Positions 59,262-64,000 of a DNA stretch of 64,000 bases are shown here, in pieces. Source of the stretch: an uncultured Desulfobacter sp. (lineage in GTDB: Bacteria; Desulfobacterota; Desulfobacteria; Desulfobacterales; Desulfobacteraceae); contig OY762069.1 of assembly GCA_963665095.1 (NCBI GenBank), forward strand, positions 3,808,001 through 3,872,000, written 5' to 3'. The translations under genes were made by a program, and so were the position numbers. The first letter of the stretch is position 1. The number at the start of each line of letters is the position of its first letter. The notes below the pieces were generated by a model that ran no database searches, was not told the origin of the DNA, and saw only the letters and a list, made by a program, of their open reading frames with translations.

Positions 59262-59642
59262 ATGAGCTTATACGAAGACATTAAACAGGCTGAAGTGAAC
59301 ATCACCGGAAACCAGGAGACCGGCATCCAGGCAGAGTTCAATTTCCCGGAAAACCTTGAATTATTTAAGGGACATTTTCCGACAACCCCCATTCTTCCAG
59401 GGGTTGCCCAGATAGAGATGGTTCGGTTTGTCCTGGAAACCGTTTTTTCCCAAAAGATGTCGATCAAGACCATTAAAAAGACAAAGTTCTCCTATCTTGT
59501 CAGACCGAACACCCCTGTTTTTCTCAATGTGAATATCCTCTCCTTTGAACCGGAGGATACCGGTCAAATTTCTGTGAGGGTGACTGTTCACGCAGATGAT
59601 AAGGTTGCCGGCAAACTGAATCTGAGCTTTCTTATTGTTTAA
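59262..59642 (+). CDS. FabA/FabZ-like dehydratase (ApeI-like)
   Basis: FKGHFPTTPILPGVAQI, KF...V.P. Confidence 0.8.
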   Translation: MSLYEDIKQAEVNITGNQETGIQAEFNFPENLELFKGHFPTTPILPGVAQIEMVRFVLETVFSQKMSIKTIKKTKFSYLVRPNTPVFLNVNILSFEPEDTGQISVRVTVHADDKVAGKLNLSFLIV

Positions 59643-59750
59643 ACCCGGCTGCCTATCCCTGCCTAAAAAAAAAAGCAACAAAAACACCCACCCTTGCAAT
59701 GATTGAGACAACTGCCGTGGGCAGATAAATCCACAACAATAAGGAGCAAT

Positions 59751-60905
59751 ATGAAGCAGTTGGATTTGGACCAGTTGATTGCCTTCAGAAGGGAACTGCA
59801 TAAGCATCCCGAACTATCCAACCATGAAATACAGACCCACGACCGAATTCACGATTTTATCCGTCAATTCGATCCGGACAGCGTCATTCCCCACATTGGC
59901 GGATACGGCCTTGCCGCTGTTTATGAGGGCAAAGCACCGGGGCAGACCTTGGCCTTCAGGGCAGATATTGATGCCCTGCCCATTCAGGAAAAAAACCGGT
60001 TCGACCATGCGTCAGTGGTTAAGAGTGTCAGTCACAAATGCGGTCATGACGGGCATACGGCCATGGTGGCGGGTTTGGGCATGCTACTGCAGAAAGAACG
60101 CCCCCAAAGGGGCCGGGTAGTCCTGATCTTCCAGCCGGCCGAGGAGACCCTGAACGGGGCCAGGGAGTTTGTCAATGATCCAAAATTCGAGCAGATCAGA
60201 CCCGACTATCTGTTCGGCCTGCACAATTTCAGATCTGAAAAACCAAACCAGATCAATTTCAAAAAAGGGCAGATGTCCCCTGCGGTCACCACGATGCTCA
60301 TCGATCTTGAGGGTGCGTCCGCCCATGCCTCCCGCCCTGAATTCGGGGTATGCCCCTATAATTGCGCCGTAAAAATAGTTGATAGGGCATATGAACTTCA
60401 GAACAATCTGGATATTTACAACGAAAATTTTTCCATGACCACCCTTGTAAATTTTGTGGTGGGGAAAAATCCCGGATACGGAACAGCACCTGGGGACGGG
60501 CATATCGCCATGACCCTTCGGGCATACAGGGACGAGGTGTTAAAGCAGTTGACCGACGATATTGAGACCTATGTGGCAGAACGGTCGCAAAAGGAAAACC
60601 TGGCCTGGAAAGTTGCTTATACTGATGAGACCATTGCCTGTACCAACTGTGAATCCTGCTGCCGCATTATTGAAAAGGCAGCAGCGGTAAACAAACTTGA
60701 AGTGAAAACCATGGACGTTCCCATGAGGGGCGGGGAAGACGTGGGCTACCTGATAAACGCCAGCCGTGAAGGAGGGGCCTTTTTTCAGCTGGGAACAGGC
60801 CCGGATCAGCCAGATCTTCACGAGCCGGATTTTGACTTCCCCGATACCGTCATAATAACCGGTATCAAAATGTACAGGGCCATCATTGATCAGGTTTTAA
60901 ATTGA
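59751..60905 (+). CDS. M20D-family amidohydrolase
   Basis: RRELHKHPELS, RADIDALP, HKCGHDGH, FQPAEE, LHEPDFDF; AAGGAG before ATG 59751. Confidence 0.92.
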   Translation: MKQLDLDQLIAFRRELHKHPELSNHEIQTHDRIHDFIRQFDPDSVIPHIGGYGLAAVYEGKAPGQTLAFRADIDALPIQEKNRFDHASVVKSVSHKCGHDGHTAMVAGLGMLLQKERPQRGRVVLIFQPAEETLNGAREFVNDPKFEQIRPDYLFGLHNFRSEKPNQINFKKGQMSPAVTTMLIDLEGASAHASRPEFGVCPYNCAVKIVDRAYELQNNLDIYNENFSMTTLVNFVVGKNPGYGTAPGDGHIAMTLRAYRDEVLKQLTDDIETYVAERSQKENLAWKVAYTDETIACTNCESCCRIIEKAAAVNKLEVKTMDVPMRGGEDVGYLINASREGGAFFQLGTGPDQPDLHEPDFDFPDTVIITGIKMYRAIIDQVLN

Positions 60906-60926
60906 TCTTCAGCCGTTTGGATTTAG

Positions 60927-61685
60927 TTACACGCTCAGGTAGCGTTCAGCAAGCAGGATTGCGGCGACATGCTGCCGGTTGTTGACCTGCAGTTTGGCGT
61001 AAATATTTTTCATGTGAAATTTTATGGTGTTTTCCGTCACCCCGAGACGCCGGGCAATGACCTTGTATGAACTGCCGGATACGGCCTCGGCAGCCACTTC
61101 TTTTTCCTTCTGGGTAAGCGAATCAACCCGTTCCTGCAGGATAAGCCGTTTCGTAGTTATCAGCAGAGGACGAATAATCATCCTGGCCATTGCCTCTGTG
61201 CGGGCATCCGGAACAGTGGTGCGGCTTGCAAAAGAAAGGTTAAAGGAAAAGTCTTTCTTTTCGGAAGTGACAAATATCGAACATCCGAATTCAAGCCCGA
61301 ATGAACGCCTGCGCGCAATGTAATGTTGCTGCTCTTTTGAAATCGTCCAGTTAAACTGGTCCCACACGCAGTATCCAATGGATGCGCCGGCAGCGTATTG
61401 CCGCTCTATTTCATTTATCAGCGGACTGTTTTCCTGGGATTTTAAATATTCCGTCATCCAGTCCCCGGGATTGGTCAAATTAACGATCACGGCTTCATGG
61501 CGATTGGTGTAGGTGGTTTGTATATAGCCGTAAAGCGCGAATTCAAAGCCGAGAAAATCGCTTAAGGCAATGATATGCCGGTGAAAGTCGCCACTGTTCC
61601 TGGCAGAGGTACAATTGTGGATAAAGGAATAGGCATAAAAAAGGTCATCTTTACTTAATCCTGTATCATTCATATCGGTGTACAT
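60927..61685 (-). CDS. LuxR-family regulator with autoinducer-binding-like domain (solo LuxR)
   Basis: P.DW..EY, W, FGL..G in N-domain; LTQKEKEV..G.S...IA..LGVTENTIKFHMKNIY.KL HTH. No luxI in window. Confidence 0.85.
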   Translation of the reverse strand: MYTDMNDTGLSKDDLFYAYSFIHNCTSARNSGDFHRHIIALSDFLGFEFALYGYIQTTYTNRHEAVIVNLTNPGDWMTEYLKSQENSPLINEIERQYAAGASIGYCVWDQFNWTISKEQQHYIARRRSFGLEFGCSIFVTSEKKDFSFNLSFASRTTVPDARTEAMARMIIRPLLITTKRLILQERVDSLTQKEKEVAAEAVSGSSYKVIARRLGVTENTIKFHMKNIYAKLQVNNRQHVAAILLAERYLSV

Positions 61686-61764
61686 CAGTTATCCATAACA
61701 GGGACCATGAAACAAAGTCAGCGGCCATGGGAATTTGTTTAAAAAATTTGCAAAAAAACGACCA

Positions 61765-61812
61765 AACCTACCCGTTCGGGTAGGTTATTTTTATATTATA
61801 TTCTGATAAAAT
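61765..61812 (+). promoter_or_regulatory. lux-box-like palindrome plus extended -10
   Basis: aACCTACCCGTTCGGGTAGGTt at 61765-61786; TGaTAAAAT at 61804-61812. Confidence 0.75.
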
Positions 61813-61967
61813 CGTAAACAAATTCTCTGCTGGCTTTTATAAGCAGGGGACTGTTTATAAAACACCGGGTAGACATATTGGCAGTTTGTCCAACGAATTC
61901 AATTAAAAACAGCATATTGCAGCAGAAGACATTTATACAGACCGGAAGCTGAGTGAGGAATATAACG

Positions 61968-64000
61968 ATGATGAACAGGTTGAAGCTGAAAGCGGGTTGG
62001 GCAATTTTACTGCTGGTTTTATTTTTCTTTAGGGCACCGGCCGCGCGGGCCGCAGCCTATTCCGGGGGAGACGGCTCGGAAGCGTCACCTTACCAGATCG
62101 CAAACGCGGCCGACCTGATCACCCTTTCCCGGACCTCGGGTGACTGGGCCAAACATTTTATCCAGACGGCGGATATTGAGTTTGATGCAAATGAAGCATT
62201 AGTGGATTGGGATGCGGACGGGAATCCAGACGGCATAGACACTTCGGGGTTTACCCCCATTGGGAATGGAAGTAGCAACTTTACAGGCAGCTATGACGGC
62301 GACGGCCATACCATATCCAACCTGTTTATTGATATTGACGGAACCTCAAGTTCTGCCTATGTCGGCCTTTTCGGGTATGTTAATACCAGTGGGGAACTGA
62401 AGAGTATTGCTCTTATTAATGTGGACATTTCTTCTTCATCCTCTTCTGCTAATTCATATGCCGGAGGCCTTGCCGGGTATATTAGGGGTAACATAACGAA
62501 TAGTTATGCTACTGGCAGCGTTTTTTCCTCCTCTTCTTATAATTCATACGCCGGAGGCCTGGCTGGAAGTATTCATGGTGATATAATAAACGGCTATGCT
62601 ACTGGCAGCGTTTCTTCTTTTTCTTCTTCCTCTTATCGTTCACGTGCCGGAGGCCTTGCCGGGTATGCTGCCGGTGACATAACAAATAGTTATGCTACCG
62701 GCAGCATTTTCTCTTCTTCTTATAGTTCATATGCCGGAGGCCTGATTGGGGAGGGTGCTTCTGCAGATATAAAAAATAGTTATGCTAGTGGCAGCGTTTC
62801 TGCTTTTGCTTCGTATAATTCATATGCCGGAGGTCTTGCCGGGTATATTAGGGGTAACATAACGAATAGTTATGCTACTGGCAGCGTTTCTTCTTCCTCC
62901 TCTTCTTATAATTCATACGCCGGAGGCCTGGCTGGAAGTATTCATGGTGATATAATAAACGGCTATGCTACTGGCAGCGTTTCTTCTTTTTCTTCTTCCT
63001 CTTATCGTTCACGTGCCGGAGGCCTTGCCGGGTATGCTACCGGTGACATAACAAATAGTTATGCTACCGGCAGCATTTTCTCTTCTTCTTATAGTTCATA
63101 TGCCGGAGGCCTGATTGGGGAGGGTGCTTCTGCAGATATAAAAAATAGTTATGCTAGTGGCAGCGTTTCTGCTTTTGCTTCGTATAATTCATATGCCGGA
63201 GGTCTTGCCGGGTATATTAGGGGTAACATAACGAATAGTTATGCTACTGGCAGAGTTTTTTCTCTATCTTCTTCTGCTGCTTCATATGCCGGGGGCCTTG
63301 CCGGGATTACTTATTTTTGCAAAATGAAGAATTCATTTTATGATACGCAGACCACTAAAATGAACAGCCTCGGTACCCAAGGAAACGAAACAACTATTTC
63401 CAACTCCCAGGGACTCACAACCGATCAGTTCAAGAGCAGTCATCCAGATTTTACAACGTATTTCACCTGGAATATAAAGGATTCCCCGGATGATGATGCT
63501 CCCTGGGTGGCCCAGTTGGACAACTATCCCGAACTGTATTTTTCTCTTTCCACGTCCGCCCCGGGTGTCAGCACCGTGGCAGCGACTGACATAGATACGA
63601 CCACAGCGACTGCCATCGGACTCATAACGGATCTTGGCGACCCCGACCCCACTTCCTATGGTTTCTGCTGGAGCACCAGTACCGCCCCCACCATTGACAG
63701 CTGCGACGGCATCAGCAAAACCCAAGAGACCGTCACCGCAACCGGCAGCTTTTCCTCCGGTATTACCGGGCTGACCGAAAACACAACCTATTATATCCGG
63801 GCCTTTGCCACCAATGATGCCGGCACCGGCTACGGCAACAGTATTTCATTTACCACCTTAACAACAGATTCTGGAAACTCCGGGGATACAGATGACCTGG
63901 ATGTTGACCCGGAGCCGGATGATGACCCGGAGCCGGATGAGCAGCTGGCGGATGCCATTGATGATGCCCTGAATGCCATTGAGCAGTCCGGAAACGTTGT
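61968..64000 (+). CDS. Large secreted GLUG-repeat / FN3-like protein, partial (absent from ORF track)
   Basis: Manual translation: GAGGA RBS, signal peptide MMNRLK...AARA, YSGGDGS..PYQI, FTGSYDGDGHTISNL, repeated YAGGLAG...ITNSYATGSV, YGFCWS..YYIRAFATN. No stop found before window end. Confidence 0.88.
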   Translation, partial: MMNRLKLKAGWAILLLVLFFFRAPAARAAAYSGGDGSEASPYQIANAADLITLSRTSGDWAKHFIQTADIEFDANEALVDWDADGNPDGIDTSGFTPIGNGSSNFTGSYDGDGHTISNLFIDIDGTSSSAYVGLFGYVNTSGELKSIALINVDISSSSSSANSYAGGLAGYIRGNITNSYATGSVFSSSSYNSYAGGLAGSIHGDIINGYATGSVSSFSSSSYRSRAGGLAGYAAGDITNSYATGSIFSSSYSSYAGGLIGEGASADIKNSYASGSVSAFASYNSYAGGLAGYIRGNITNSYATGSVSSSSSSYNSYAGGLAGSIHGDIINGYATGSVSSFSSSSYRSRAGGLAGYATGDITNSYATGSIFSSSYSSYAGGLIGEGASADIKNSYASGSVSAFASYNSYAGGLAGYIRGNITNSYATGRVFSLSSSAASYAGGLAGITYFCKMKNSFYDTQTTKMNSLGTQGNETTISNSQGLTTDQFKSSHPDFTTYFTWNIKDSPDDDAPWVAQLDNYPELYFSLSTSAPGVSTVAATDIDTTTATAIGLITDLGDPDPTSYGFCWSTSTAPTIDSCDGISKTQETVTATGSFSSGITGLTENTTYYIRAFATNDAGTGYGNSISFTTLTTDSGNSGDTDDLDVDPEPDDDPEPDEQLADAIDDALNAIEQSGNV
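62451..63260 (+). repeat. Intragenic higher-order tandem repeat (~366-369 bp period)
   Basis: aattcatatgccggagg(c/t)cttgccgggtatattaggggtaac recurs at 62451, 62817 and 63186. Confidence 0.9.
63906..63941 (+). repeat. 18-bp tandem repeat encoding an acidic linker (DPEPDD/E)
   Basis: gacccggagccggatga(t/g) x2. Confidence 0.8.

Noticed and set aside
62451..63260. CRISPR array or DGR template/variable repeat
   Set aside because: Repeats are in-frame coding units without unique spacers; differences are not adenine-specific; no cas or reverse transcriptase in the window.

Overview
Bacterial chromosomal DNA whose gene content points to a sulfate-reducing deltaproteobacterium, probably Desulfobacteraceae (inferred from content only). 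(1) 1-6.5 kb is accessory DNA: the 3' end of an Rhs polymorphic toxin ending in a phospholipase-A2-like domain, a membrane immunity candidate, an XRE/PIN toxin-antitoxin pair, and several internally deleted or frameshifted remnants (FN3/Ig protein, AraC, MBL hydrolase). (2) hcp has a perfect FNR/HcpR-type box and is followed by a deleted ferredoxin gene. (3) A ~16 kb minus-strand operon combines a heterodisulfide-reductase-like complex (HdrL-type HdrA, MvhD, FdhB/FrhB-like, second HdrA, HdrC, HdrB) with a signalling module (USP-REC-USP protein, hybrid kinase, haem-c-motif membrane kinase). The second HdrA carries an intact receiver domain inside the enzyme, and no DNA-binding regulator is present, suggesting direct phospho-control of an electron-bifurcating enzyme. 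This is the top candidate for an undescribed system. (4) Fatty-acid, tRNA-modification and housekeeping genes follow (acyl-CoA ligase, dus, fadH, dusB, queF, era, engB, hisG, hisI, PBP1A, a PHP-RNase III fusion, dksA, fadN-like/thiolase). (5) At the right end are an aryl-polyene-like accessory gene set, an amidohydrolase, and an atypical solo LuxR with a 20-bp lux-box-like palindrome before a large secreted GLUG-repeat protein that runs off the window. No rRNA, tRNA or CRISPR array was seen. Family assignments are by motif recognition, not database search.
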